The notes under the pieces are model-generated. The model saw only the letters and a list, made by a program, of their open reading frames with translations. It was not told the origin of the DNA and made no database searches. A stretch of DNA of 63,905 nt, the filler included, from Collodictyon triciliatum (lineage: Eukaryota): the NCBI GenBank assembly GCA_043381765.1. It is 4 parts of 4 records of this genome, joined end to end, with 100 filler letters (N's around TTAATTAATTAA, not from the genome) between each part and the next. Parts side by side here need not be neighbours in the genome. Positions count along the whole stretch, not along the records: positions 1 to 10,321 come from JBHJMP010001140.1; positions 10,422 to 33,084 come from JBHJMP010001141.1; 2 more parts are not named here. One strand, 5' to 3'. How positions within the stretch are numbered: the first letter of the stretch is position 1; the number at the start of each line of letters is the position of its first letter. Positions 1 to 13,097 of this stretch are shown here, piece after piece. Position numbers and translations under genes: made by a program.

Positions 1-101
1 TCGCTGTCCGGTAAGCGCAGTTGGATGGGACTCTTCACAAGGTTTGTTCGCTTTCGATGGCGGTGAGCGCATCTGTGATTCTGCGGGCCTTGTTCTTGTT
101 T
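1..101. repeat. Second copy of the segment at 9992-10093 (truncated by the window start)
   Basis: tcgctgtccggtaagcg..gttggatgggactcttcacaa.gtttgttcgctttc...agcgcatctgtgattctgcgggccttgttcttgtttt occurs here and at 9992-10093 in the same orientation, with a few substitutions and one indel. Confidence 0.9.
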
Positions 102-3100
102 TAAACGACTTGCTCGACCCCAAGCAAAAATACTGTCCGATCAGACAAACTTGCAGGCGGCTTTCTTGCACGGGTCTTCTTAGACTTACATGCAACTCGG
201 AGGTTTTCCGCACCACCTTTGGAACAAAAAAGAACTTTCTTCACCCCACGAAGCCGAGACAAGGAGGTTGGCGCAAGTCGTGATTCGTCTCGGCTCGTTT
301 TTTCTATCCGGTGTGGAAAGCTTGATTGAAAATCAGGCGCGTGAAATCAAGTAGTAAAGTTTTCAAAAATTTTCTTCCTCATAGATGTTTATGTTTGAGA
401 AAAAAAGCGAGCTGCTATGAGCCAAAAAAAAACAATCAACGGCTCTCGAATACTTTTTATTAAAACATCCAGATTGTTAGACTAGTTTAACCTTCTGACC
501 AGGAAAAAAACATCCAAAAAAAAAGAATCTGAGCTGAGGCTAAGATAAGCTCTGTTCAATCCGCCATATAAGATGCGCCACAAGATAATGAAGTTACCCA
601 AGATAAAGCATCGCCCAAAGAAATAGGTATAATATTATAAACTATCAAATATAGGGAAATCGGAAACAAAACCAAAATGAATTATCTCAGCCTATCACAT
701 ACATAAAGGTAGAGACATGGAATCGGAGTTTACTGACAGCCAGTAAGTTGCATCCCATTACCTCATCCACCACCTTCTAGGTATAGTTTAGTGATACTGT
801 GATTCCGATTCATCCATCAAGAAATCCGGAACCGCTACTAGCGAGGTGGAATATTCTGTATGAAAACTCTGAAAATCTTGGGTCCACCCAATTACAGACT
901 GAGTTAATGTCAACTTTTCTGGAACAGAGCAAAAGTTTCTGTATCATCAAGTCGAAAGAAGGAAACAGCTTATTATTACTTCAATAAATCATATTAATTT
1001 TTATTCTTCCTTTCAGTTTTGTGCAGTATAGTGGAGATGTTGGCTTTCAATAAATCACATTATAAAAGAATTAGAGCTTCGTACCGCCGAAAAAACGCAT
1101 CGATGTTGCACTTTACAAATGCAAATCCAACTATAGCTGTCCTGAACAACAAAGTAGAATGGCGCTCCCGTCACCATTTTTTTTTTCGCCTGAAGAATCA
1201 AAGGCGGTCAATTTTATCAGAATCTCCACAATTCTCGATGGCTATGGGATATTCCAAGATCTTTCGATATATAATCATGAGTCTGAATCCTTACAAAACA
1301 GGAAAAAATGAGTTGATGGGATGAAACCATAGGCATTATAGACCTGTCGATAGCCGAATGCTATTATCAAGCCCGTACATCTCAGCTACTCCCGAAATAC
1401 CGCGTCCTGCTGCTCAATATCTCCAACAGAGAACTATGAATAGGTGCACATATGGTTCATGAAGCAACGAAATCTACAGAATACACCATGTGCCATATCA
1501 GTAATAACTATCAAAGACACATTTATTCAATACCAGCAATAGTACCGATACCTTGCAACGTAAACAAGAAAATAAAAAAGGTTAAAAACATAGAAAGTGG
1601 AAAAAAATAAATAGAAAAAGAAAAAGAAAAAAAGAAAAGAAAAAAGGAAAAGGAAAAGGAAAAAGAAAAAGAAAAAGGAAAAGAAAAAAAGAAAAAAGAA
1701 AAAGAAACGAAAAAAAAGAAAAAAAAGGAAAAATAAAAAAGAAACAGATGAATGAATCAGAACAATTAATACTGGTCGCTATAAACACAATTCCCTTTCT
1801 GCCCGTGAGTCGATGACTTGAGCTTGAAGCCTATTGACCCTTTCTTCGGTAGCATCTTGTTCTCTTCGATCCGTTATGCGGATCGCTTGGGTATGGAGCC
1901 TTTCATCTCTTTTCCTGGGTATCTACTTTTGCTGACTTTGTCTATCGTAAACACCTCTTCTTTGCATCTCGTCTTTCATTTCTTCAGGCCATTCATTATG
2001 CCTTTTTGAATTTTGCAAGACTCTGTTTTTCTCTCCCTTGGATTTTTTGCTTCATCTTGCTTGTCACTTTGAATCCGCTTTCTTATTTTTTTTTACCTAA
2101 ATATTTGGAACCTGGGTTGTCAATCCTGCTGACTGGATGCAATTGAATGACCTTATGCTTTTTTTCTTGCTCCGACAAATCAAGCTATATATTTTTTATA
2201 TTTATATCCCATTATTTATTCAAACTTGATAAAAAAATCGATTATTGTCATAAAAGTTGTCAATAAAAATACCTCAATCTTTTTTAATATTTGAAAATTA
2301 TTCTCTTTTTTTTATAGTTCATTGTTTTAACCCGCTTCATTGAGGAGAATCTTTGACTTGATTCTTCATTATACACATGATCCTTATACCGAATAAATAA
2401 ATAAATAAATGATATTTGTTTTATTGTTCATGGGCTGTAATATTGTATGTTTGGAGACCTCATTGTGATAGCAGGCTAGGAGAGTTGGATTTGTCCATGG
2501 AACGGAGTTGTCTTCATTGCGCGTTGCATACTTATGCTCCGTATACAATTGACTATCAATACGCTTCCATCTTACTCCATTATAGGAACTCTATCCATAA
2601 TATTGATAGATTGTTGTACTCATCGGTCGGCGATAGCTGGCGTCTTGTTCGTCGATGTGTCTCGGGGCTTTGCTTGTGATTCGGTGGAGGCAGTGTTAGG
2701 GATAGCTGCTACGTGATGTCCTTCTATTTGTGGGTTCCTGCTTGATCTTGAAGGCTGGGCGGTTGATCCACTCTATCATCTTCTTTCATCTCTACCTTGC
2801 TCCATCATAGGAGCTCGATCCGTCTTTTTTTTTCTTTATCTTTATTATAAGATTCAAAAAGCTCGCTCCGTCTTATTAGTAGGTTCTATACGCACGAGTT
2901 GGTGGTACCTGGCTTTATGATTGTCGGTGTGTCTCGGTGTACAACCTGTGTTGTAAAGAATGTGATAAAGCGAACTTTTCGCTCATTGGTTTGGCTGCGT
3001 TGGCCTTCTCGGTTTGCTTTCGGCCAGTAGGCTTTTCATGGGACAGGGTTGTGGCCCTGGTCCCCTGGTAGTTGGTCTCGTCCTTTTCGAGATCACTCTT

Positions 3101-4389
3101 TTCAATCGCTTGTATTAACGACTTTGGAATGCGGCGGGTCGAGAGAAGGAAAGAACTCCAGTGTAATACTATTATTTTTCGCAGGATTTGTCCTTTTTCT
3201 TTTCTCTCCTAATGTGTTAATATCTCGGAAAAAAGAGACATTCCCTGGTTATTGTTGTTTTTTTATTGCTCGTTTCAATTCAATTTTGTCTCTCTCGGTT
3301 CAATGAATCTAATTTCACGTCTATTTGTCACATTCTTAACAAATTCTCAACAGATAGAGCAAAGGATTTACCTTAATATCAGTCTTAGGGTTTATTTCGC
3401 TTTCATATTTATTATTATATGGTTTAAACTAGGTTGAATTGCATTGGGTCGAATAAAGGAGAATAACCGAGTTGAATTACTTTGGTATGCTTCATAGGAC
3501 AACATGGTATGTACATCTGAGGTATAATGTGGACATTTTATCAACCAAAAGTACTTTTTTTATTTTATTTTAGTGGGTTACTAAACTAGATAGATGTTTT
3601 TAAGTACCAAAAAAAATTAATCCATGGCACATAGTCGGATAAATAGTAGCAAGTTATTCATGAGAAATATATTCCAAATTGGGATCTCAGAACACTATAT
3701 TTTGACAGATTTCTTTTTCATTTTTTTCTTGGTTAGGTCTCCGTCTCCTTAGTATCGATACCACGGAACCTCGACTCATTTTTTTTTATTTCAGAGTGTT
3801 TTTGAGGGGCCGCTAAAACTTGTTGATTATCAAACCAAGGATATTTGGTTAGGGAATTGAATGTAAACTCAGTTTATCCAAGATAAATTCATGATCAATA
3901 ACACAGAACGAATATGATTTATAGTTTATTATCTTCAAAAAGGATATAATGAAATGAGTATTGGCATTAAAGAAAAACTATTTGATTTGTTCTTTATTTT
4001 GATTCATATATCCATTTTAATTTGCTGAGTCATATAATTTAATTATTTGGGGTTTGTGTAAATACGGATACTAAATACGAGTCCTTCAAATTGTTTAAAA
4101 ATCATTTCGTTTTCTATCCATTTACACTCTTGATCCATTTATACTTACTATACTTATGATAATTTTTACCCGTATTCGATCAAAGTGAAGGAAGGCTTTA
4201 GGGCTATATTATACTTGCAATAATTATTTGGTTATTTTTCCTTTATTAGCTTCAGTAAGGAGCACAGAAAATATATCCCTGATACTTTTTATTCTTCCTT
4301 TCAGCTTTGTGCGAGATAGTGGGAACATTGGTGCTGGGTAAACTCATCTCTGATATATTTGATTTAGGGCCACACAAATACAACAAGAG

Positions 4390-5157
4390 ATGGAATTCTT
4401 TATGCAGCTGGTGAAAGAAGTAGCAAATAACATGAAGCTTGGGATTCCAAGTACGAACGTATATTACGTTAACATCTTGAGAGAAGCGATGGAAAAGGCC
4501 AATTTAACATCAGAAATTGTCGATGATATGCCAAAATTTGTCTATGTCCTCTTCGGTGCTCTGAAGGACATTTATTATTTTTTATCAACTAGTATGAAAG
4601 ATGGGGGCAATTCTAATGGAAGTGGAAATAGTAAGGGAAATGGTCGACTAAGCTTCCGGGGAAAGTTTGCAAAATTTAAGGAGGAGGTTCTGAAAATAGT
4701 GGAAAAAGTCAATGATTTAGAGTCTGAGATTGCCATTTTTGAAAAAAAAACACAACATTATAAGACGATAGGGCGATATGACTATGAAGTGCAGAAAATC
4801 AAAAACGTTGTGCGCGATTTAGGCACTTCTTTTAAGAGTTTGGAGATAGAGCACAGAGATGTAAACAAAGATGCCATTGACTGTTGGGAAAATATCTTTG
4901 CTGAATCAATAGCAACCGGGTTAATTTCTGGAGCTGGATTTGCTTCAATTATTTTCATTTCTAACCCTGTCGGTATCGGGATTGGTGCTACTGTTGGTGT
5001 CGGGATGGGTGTATATTCCGCGGTTAAAGGATTCTATGCTTATCGTGTCTATAAATTGGAGAATGATTTAAGAGAATCTAGGAGAATATATAGGGAAATA
5101 CTGAGATCAGCATCAGATTTTACGGATGTATTCAAATTCTGTGATGAACTGACATAA
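4390..5157 (+). CDS. Uncharacterised alpha-helical protein (255 aa) with Gly-rich C-terminal hydrophobic hairpin; paralogue 1
   Basis: Uninterrupted ATG-TAA ORF in AT-rich DNA. It shares MEFF..G..ST.VY, H......A...WE and KGF.A..V...E with the ORF at 6973-7770. Confidence 0.8.
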   Translation: MEFFMQLVKEVANNMKLGIPSTNVYYVNILREAMEKANLTSEIVDDMPKFVYVLFGALKDIYYFLSTSMKDGGNSNGSGNSKGNGRLSFRGKFAKFKEEVLKIVEKVNDLESEIAIFEKKTQHYKTIGRYDYEVQKIKNVVRDLGTSFKSLEIEHRDVNKDAIDCWENIFAESIATGLISGAGFASIIFISNPVGIGIGATVGVGMGVYSAVKGFYAYRVYKLENDLRESRRIYREILRSASDFTDVFKFCDELT

Positions 5158-6972
5158 GTCAGTCACAAATGATGGCATCTATAGGTAATTTTATATCATA
5201 AGCTAATATCACATAAAATTATTGCCTTGTGACAAATGGTTCTATTTTTAATTTAAATCAATAAAAAATGTCTCTTCTACATTTATAAATAAACGAAAAG
5301 GTCGGAAATACTCAAGGTACAGAAATCTAAAGTATGAAGTTCCAGGAGAAGTCTACAATGCTTCATCGTGATATCTTTAACCTTGGTTCTTCTTATTACA
5401 CCTCTGTCTTGCTTTCCTTTACCTTGCACGAAAAAACCCCCAACTTTTAACAGCCCACTTGAATAAAGAAAAACAAATAAAAACATAAAGAAATGAAATC
5501 GACTGAGCCCAGTGCAAGATTTTTTTCTTTTATTCGTCTCAGTAGCGGGCCAAGACAGCAAGTACAAAGCAAGGTAAAAAGAAAAGAAGAGAAACTACTG
5601 ATTGAAAGTAAACTATATTTACCTCATAAATATCTCAATATCATATCTTTGTTCATTTTTGGATCCCGTGTTAGTCAGGCGGTTAGGCTCTTGGATCTCG
5701 CTATGAACGCAAGTTAGTAGCTTTGAGAATGTCCGTGCCACGGAGCCTTCCTCTTGATGCGCGTCGCAGACTAAGACCCTGTCTGAATGTAATTATCTCT
5801 CTGTCCCTACCTTGCTCCGTCATAGGAGCTCGAAACAGTATCTTAGTGTATCATAATACTCGCGATCGGTGGTAGCTAACATCCTGATTTTCTCTTCAGT
5901 CTGGCATGTATCTTGGAAGGCAGAGTGCTTGAGGTTTTTTTTTATTATTCCTTTCAATTTTGTGCAGGATAGTGAAGCAGAGTGCTTGAGGTTGGAGTGA
6001 GGTAGTGATCGGGTCATGGGTTGCTGTGCTATCTACATCACACTTTATCCACCGCTCTTCCATGGTAACAGGCCGTGGCCTTGCTTCTGTACCTGGACTA
6101 CTCGCCTCCCTTTTACATTGGCACCGATGATGGTTTATCTTTCTTTTCCGTCTCGGAATCTGCAAATTTTGCAGGGAAATAAGATCCCCATCAATTTCCA
6201 TTTTGATACAAGATAACTACCAATCACACAATAATTATCCATATATATGGAATTTATTGTTATTTTATTTATAATGCGGTATTTTTTGATATAAAAGCCA
6301 AGAAAAAAATATTTTGTCATGTTATAATTAACATATCATGTTCTGGCCGCTTTGAACTGAATACAGGAAAAAGTCAATCTTCGGCTGGGTATATAATAAA
6401 TTGTTTTATTACAACAGAAATTCAAGACGCGAGCAAAGATAAATCGATGTTGTCATTGAAATTGAAGACTGAGGTATCGATACCACTGTTCTATGTAAAC
6501 ATACTCTTCAATACGCAAAAGTAAAATACAGAAGCTTTTGTATTATTTCACAAGGTTGTATATTTTAGATTTAATTGATATAAATTCCTTATTGTCCTAA
6601 AATTGAAACAGAAATAAGAATTTTTTTCAAAGAATACACATAAGCTCATCTTAATCATTAAAGAAAATAAATTTGAAGTTTTTTTGAAAAAAAATTACCT
6701 AGTATTTAATCTTTAGTTTTTTTTTAAAAAAAAAGGCAGGAGACATAATTTGATATTAAAATATTTGACCCGATGCCTCTTGTTTTATGTTTTTTCTATT
6801 ATTTTCGAAGTTATTCGATTTCCTCGATCACTTTCAACATATACATGTGCAAAATAATAATTTTTATTCAAAAACAATTAATGTGATAAAAACATGAGAA
6901 AAAAAATTAAAATATTCCTTTTCGGAGACATCAGGAGCTTTTTTTAAGAGAATTTAACAAAAAAAAACCAGA

Positions 6973-7770
6973 ATGGAATTCTTTTACGACATGAAGCGCA
7001 CTGTTCTTTCAAATAAAGAGAATGGGTTGCAAAGTACTAAGGTCTACCAAATATCTTGTTTCAAATCGTTCCTTGAAGAATTAGAATCATTTTTAAACAG
7101 AACTACTGATTCATCTTTGACAAGTATGTATAGGTTCGGTGAAAGTCAACCACTAATTAAAGGATGCTATCAAGATGCTTTCTATGTTGATAAAATAATT
7201 CAGAACAATAAAAAAATGATTAAGATGATCGGTTCGTTTTCTATATTCATGATGAACGTCGGAATTCGTATCAATATACAGAAAGTAAATGAAGAAATAA
7301 GGCAGGCTTACAAACTCAGTTTGGAATTGAATTCCATCCTCAAACAAACAGACAGGAGAGAAGAAATACCCAAGATCATATTAAAAACTATTGAAATTGC
7401 CAAGAATTTTGGTGATTCAAGTATTCAACACAGTGGTGCTTGTTTAGAGGCGGTGCAAGAATGGGAATCACTGAAAGAAAGCTCTCTTGTATTTGGTGGA
7501 TTGTCTTTTTTCTTGTCGGGTATCGCTTATTTCAGTCATACGGGTCCGGTAATTGCAAATGGATTATTTTTATTTGCTTTGATCTCTGCAGGATTCGCTA
7601 TTAAAAAAGGATTCTCTGCAAATAAAGTGTTTCATATTGAACAGAATTTTATTGAAAATCTTACGAAATTCCAAAAGCTGTTAGTAGAATATGATTCATG
7701 TGATCATATTATTCAATACCTGGAAGATGTCCATATGAAGATTAAAAATTCAGCAAACATCATTGCTTAA
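6973..7770 (+). CDS. Uncharacterised alpha-helical protein (265 aa) with C-terminal hydrophobic hairpin; paralogue 2
   Basis: Uninterrupted ORF, colinear by eye with 4390-5157. Two hydrophobic stretches: SLVFGGLSFFLSGIAYF and VIANGLFLFALISAGFAI. Confidence 0.8.
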   Translation: MEFFYDMKRTVLSNKENGLQSTKVYQISCFKSFLEELESFLNRTTDSSLTSMYRFGESQPLIKGCYQDAFYVDKIIQNNKKMIKMIGSFSIFMMNVGIRINIQKVNEEIRQAYKLSLELNSILKQTDRREEIPKIILKTIEIAKNFGDSSIQHSGACLEAVQEWESLKESSLVFGGLSFFLSGIAYFSHTGPVIANGLFLFALISAGFAIKKGFSANKVFHIEQNFIENLTKFQKLLVEYDSCDHIIQYLEDVHMKIKNSANIIA

Positions 7771-8575
7771 ATCCTGACACACTCTCATTCCCTCTTTTCC
7801 TATTCTCTTTTCCTTTTTTTTTCTTCTCTGAAGGATCCTGACCAATCTATTTTTTTTCTTATGCCAATTTTTTACCATAGCTTTTCCATATTCAAGAATA
7901 AACCCACGCTAAAAATTTAATAATTCATTTTTTTAGTCTATTCTGCTTACAAAATCAATATTACTTATATTCCTTAATTTTATTAATCCTTATGTTTCAT
8001 AAGTACGAGCGTGATCATGCTTCATGATAAATTAGTTACGTTCGTCTGAGGTACAAATACCATACCGTTACTATATTAGTATTAATATAATTTCAATATT
8101 ACAATCAATATGTGAAGGTATTGAAATGAAATGCCATGTGGAAATTCCATTGCTCCATGTATCCTAACCGATTTAACAATCCACCTGACCAACTCACTAT
8201 CACTGATTTCTTCCCAGTGATAGTCTCTCTACTCTATTTTCTTATCTTTCTTGCGTTCCCTCTCTACCATGCACAACTATCTCTCATATTTTTATGGCAT
8301 GCCATCGCTGCATTTTGAATCGAATAAAACAAAAAAAAAGAAAACATATCATGTATCCTCTGGTATATCTTGTGCAACTACAAAAAATTGTCGCTTATTT
8401 TAAGGGTCAAATTGTATTATATTCATTAGAATTGATATTATGAATATTATCCAATTATTATAAACTGTTTCTGTGTAATATATGTCTTATTAAGTTCTAA
8501 GATGTATAATTGCGATATATAATGGAAAAAATTTAAAAAGGGTTCCCTTTTTTTGAAAACCTTTAAACATTTCAC

Positions 8576-10240
8576 TGAGAGAAAACATAACCGAGGTAAC
8601 AACCTTCGCCTCTTGGATAAAAATGAGCTGTATATGAGACAAAAGAAAACCTCGGATTTTGTGGTTGGGTTTTTTGTGTTTTGGGTGAAGGAAAAAAAAA
8701 AGACAAGATAGAGAGGAGAGAATGTGTTCTCACATGCAGACTATTCTACCCGAGGTGGTTCAAATCCAATGCGCGGTTTCTGGTTGTATTCGAGACTGAC
8801 AGAAGAGTGGATAAAGTTGTCGGGTCGATGAAAGTACACGCATGGCTGTTACTTCGAAAATCCATTCCGACGAGTCCCTTCAACCACCTATCTCAGAAAA
8901 GATGTACATCCTATTTCATTCCACTGGATGAGTCTTTTGAGGAGACAACGGGTCACTTTCCTTGCGTTTCTTGCTGGGTGACTCTGATAAAAAGCGATAC
9001 ATCGTTGTTTGTCTGGTATTCACGGAAGTGCCGCTTGACCGTCCCCTGGTTTCGGAACCATGCGTAGCCGGCAGTGGACTTTGCTTAACAGGAGTATGGA
9101 TACGCGTTTGTGGTTTTAGAAACATATGCTCCTGCTTGCTCGGACTGTCTTTGGTGCGTGAAGTTCCAAGCTTTGATTCGACTTGTGCTGTTTGCTCTTG
9201 CTCCTTGGTTCTCGGTGTGACGGACTAGGGCAGGGTAAACGGACTATATTTGGTGGGCGCTTGTTCTTGTGTTGGCTTCTCTTTGGAGTATCCTTCGGAT
9301 ATGTAACGAAGACTATCTTGATGTCTCCCATATTAACCATATTCACGTCAGTCTGAATGGTTAGTTTAAGGGGGGATTTCTTTCGGAGTTTGGTGATGCG
9401 CTGCTCTTGGGTCTTGCGATGCGCGGGCTTGTCCAATGTTGGTGACGAAGTGCTCGAGTGCCAGGATTCTGAAGAGGAACCGAGATTTCCTTCCATGTCA
9501 TCTTTGCTGTCGCTGTATGCGCGTATCTGCTGTGATGGCTGCGGAATCTGATGTTGCCTGGCCTTGGTTTACTTGACCACGTTGCTGCTTGTCTGCTTGG
9601 CGGGTGTATTCTTTTGTGGAGCTTTACTTGTCATTCGTTATTTGCGGCTGGCGGACGCTCTTTGAGGATGCGCTTTGGACACTTTTTGCCCATGACCGTA
9701 AACTTTGCAGAGAGCTGGTTCTTATGACAAAGAAGCTTCACCACGGCTGTGTCTCTGTGATGAAGCCTTTGTTTTTTTTTTTGATCTCCACGTGGGTCAG
9801 TCTGAACGGCTTCAGCTCGTCACTAAGGAGTTGCCGTCACATGTCCAGCAGCAGTTGGTAGGGAACCACCGAGGTCTCTGTTGGTTTACTTCTGCTGAAG
9901 CTGTTCATAATATCGATCAAAGTTACCTGCTTCAGCTCCAGAAGCTTTCGGGGCGTTCTCTGCAGTGCGGAAGGCGATCAGATAAAGGCCTTCGCTGTCC
10001 GGTAAGCGGAGTTGGATGGGACTCTTCACAAAGTTTGTTCGCTTTCAAGAAGGAGTCCAGCGCATCTGTGATTCTGCGGGCCTTGTTCTTGTTTTTTTTT
10101 GGTTTCTTTTCAACAGTTTATTGAGAGAAAACAAAGCCGAGGAAACCGCCTTCGCCTCTTGGACAAAAATGAGCTGTGGACGAGACAGTGGAAAACCCCG
10201 GATTGTGTGGTTGGAGGTTTTATGTTTTGGGTGGAAAGAA
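8576..10240. mobile_element. Decayed element or tandem unit bounded by ~120-160 bp direct repeats
   Basis: 8576-~8700 and 10122-~10240 are diverged direct repeats (TGAGAGAAAAC..CCGAGG..CCTTCGCCTCTTGGA.AAAAATGAGCTGT..TTTTGGGTG). The interior is more GC-rich than the flanks and has fragmented minus-strand ORFs. No RT, integrase or transposase motif was recognised. Confidence 0.4.
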
Positions 10241-10321
10241 AAAGAAAAAGAAAAAGAAAAAGAAAAAGAAAAAGAAAAAGAAAAAGAAAAAGAAAAAGAA
10301 AAAGAAAAAGAAAAAGAAAAA

Positions 10322-10421
10322 NNNNNNNNNNNNNNNNNNNNNNNNNNNNNNNNNNNNNNNNNNNNTTAATTAATTAANNNNNNNNNNNNNNNNNNNNNNN
10401 NNNNNNNNNNNNNNNNNNNNN
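10322..10421. other. Artificial contig spacer (N44-TTAATTAATTAA-N44)
   Basis: Exactly 100 nt with a six-frame stop linker, identical at three places. Confidence 0.98.
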
Positions 10422-10563
10422 GAAAAAAGAGAAAAAAGAGAAAAAAGAGAAAAAAAGAGAAAAAAAGAGAAAAAAAGAGAAAAAAAGAGAAAAAAAGAGA
10501 AAAAAAGAGAAAAAAGAGAAAAGAGGATGGGTAAGTAGTTTCTCTGGTATTGTGAAGAGGACT

Positions 10564-12471
10564 TCATAATAAGATTCGAATGTCGTGATTGCAAAATTTT
10601 ATTTTCATTTTCTGCGAGATTTTCATTTCTTGTTTCATTTTTGTTGCAGTAAAGTATAGGTGCCATCGTAGAATACTTACATATTTCATTTGGTTGTTTT
10701 TTGAAAAGATTCCCTCTTCAGGTTTGCAGTCATCGTTTTGATACTTCCGCTTCTGTTTCAGATATTTGATACCACATGCGTTGCAGAGGCTGAAGAAACC
10801 ATTTATGCAATTACATTTTGAAACAAACCAGGATTTCTATTTTGAATTCACGCTATAATCCTGACCAAGTCGGCAGGATTTCGATGTTACTCGAGCATGT
10901 AAGAAAAAGACCTGGCTTTGCCGCTCGGTCCGGCGCGCCACTCCGGGGTTGTAGTTGTTCCGCAGGATTCACATTTTCGCTCTTGCTTTGTCTGATGATG
11001 GAATAAGAGTGAAGCTATGTGCAAATATTCTATGGGTGATAAGCGATTGCACGAACCCGGTTTTTGATCACACTTTGGCCTGTGTATGTGAATGATGTAT
11101 CAGTTGGATTTCGATGGCCTTTCGCTGACTGTGTCGCACTTTTCCAAGGTGACTGATTGAGGCTACCATTGAAGCGATTACCCTAACCAAGAAAGAGAAA
11201 AAAAAGGAGCAAACACAAACAAAGAAACAAAGAAACACAAAGAAACACAAAGAAACACAAAGAAACAAACAAAAAACAAAAAAAAAATAAAAAAAACAAA
11301 AAAAAACAAAAAAAAACAAACAAAATTGTAACATGCAAATGATATTCAGTATAAAAGGAAAAAAGAATACACTGATAAGAGCTTAGAATAACAAAAGCGT
11401 TCTAATGAGCATAGGTGGAAATAATTGGAGTCATTTTCACTTTCATATATGATTGGAAAACTATTTATTCAACAACGAACCTGCTCAACACTTTTAGGGG
11501 AGTCTAATTGCAAAACAGGCCATGACGGCATGGATGTTGAGCCAGAATCTTGGTTTGTACACGGGGGAAATCCACTCGAGCATCTAATATGTTCACTTGA
11601 TTGTTAGTAAGGCAATCCATTTTAATTCGAATGCTTGTGCCATGGTACATCGCCAGACAACATATTCTTTGTTTGAGATTTCGCACCCAGTCCTTTCCAT
11701 GGGCGCATCCACTGTTTTCATCTATATGTCATTTTAAATGAAGACGGTTTTTTTTTGGGTTAAAACAGACTGACTAAATGCTGACAGAGTTATAGCTAGC
11801 AAGAGAGCAATCTGTCGATGCAAAAGACACAAGGGCAAGTTTGAAGCATCCCAAGCAAAGTACAAACCCAGTGTCTCTGCCAGTTCTCTTGAAAGGAATT
11901 CCATTCAAACAAGAGCGTGGACATCACTTCGTGCAGCTGTTTGACGTGTGGATAGCTAGCTTCTCCTTCAACTTTCTTTGAGAGGACTAGAATCGTGTCA
12001 GCTATATCTCGAATCTATCAAAAATTATTTTCAGAAAGAGATGAACACCACCGAAAATGAAAATGAAAAGTAGAAAAAAGAGGAGCAAATTACCTTTCGT
12101 ATCAAGAGTACTTCATCCTCGTGCAGATTCAGGGAAATCATGGATGGATTCAACGCAATCAACTGACGTGCAGTTTCCTCCTGCAAATCAATATCCTTTG
12201 TAATCTTCTGCCCATCACCGGCCTGTCTCTGTTGTGGCTGCAGCGGTTCGTTGGGCGTGAAGTGAGAAGGGTCCGATTCTTCGGCAGACTCACGAATCTC
12301 CCTTGCATCAGAAAGCTGTTCTGGAGCCACTGTGTAGCATTCGTTATCGGCCTCATCTTTGGAGGGCAACGCGGTATCCATGTTGGAGATGCTCGGAATC
12401 TTGTCTGTCGTTCGACTCTCATGTTCAGAAGCATCTGTATTGTCCGCAGTTGGACTGTCAGGCTCCATCAT
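10564..12471 (-). CDS. GATA-type zinc-finger transcription factor (multi-exon; some internal and terminal exons approximate)
   Basis: Exons 10912-10991 and 10681-10789 splice (GT-AG) to [36 protein letters not shown], a C-X2-C-X18-C-X2-C finger with a basic tail. Upstream exons are joined by GT-AG introns from ATG 12471. Confidence 0.88.
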
Positions 12472-12830
12472 TCAATCTGGGAGCTAGTCTAGGACCTTGA
12501 CAACAGAAAGAAAAGAAAAGAAAAACCGTGAGTGATCTTGAGATCATTAGACTCTATAAGAGTCCACGAGTCCCCATAAAAAAAAAAGAAGAAGGAAGCA
12601 TACACAAAAAAAGGAATGCATAAAACCCCCAGTGACACGAGAGCAACCATTGCAACATAAAAAAACCCCTATGAAACCAAATAATAAGTTCAGCACATAT
12701 ATATACACACAAAAAGTAAAATAAAAGAGAAGGCATTGCGGGGCTGGAGACCAACCAATAATTTTCCAGAGAAACAACGACTATGACAAACGCAAAGAAC
12801 AGCTGCACACTGCTTCTTGGATTCGACTTC

Positions 12831-13097
12831 ACAATGATAATAACAATGATAATAACAATGATAATAACAATGATAATAACAATGATAATAACAATGATAA
12901 TAACAATGATAATAACAATGATGATAACAATGATAATAACAATGATAATAACAATGATAATAACAATGACAATAACAATGATAATAACAATGATAATAAC
13001 AATGATAATAACAATGATAATAACAATGATAATAACAATGATAATAACAATAATAATACCAATGATAATAACAATGATAATAACAATGATAATAACA
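12831..13097. repeat. 12-nt minisatellite (ACAATGATAATA)n, about 22 copies
   Basis: Directly visible. It explains the spurious IITM/IIIV/LLSL ORFs. Confidence 0.97.

Noticed and set aside
10366-10377. Palindromic TTAATTAATTAA occurring three times inside N runs
   Set aside because: Artificial six-frame-stop linker used to concatenate contigs; not biological.
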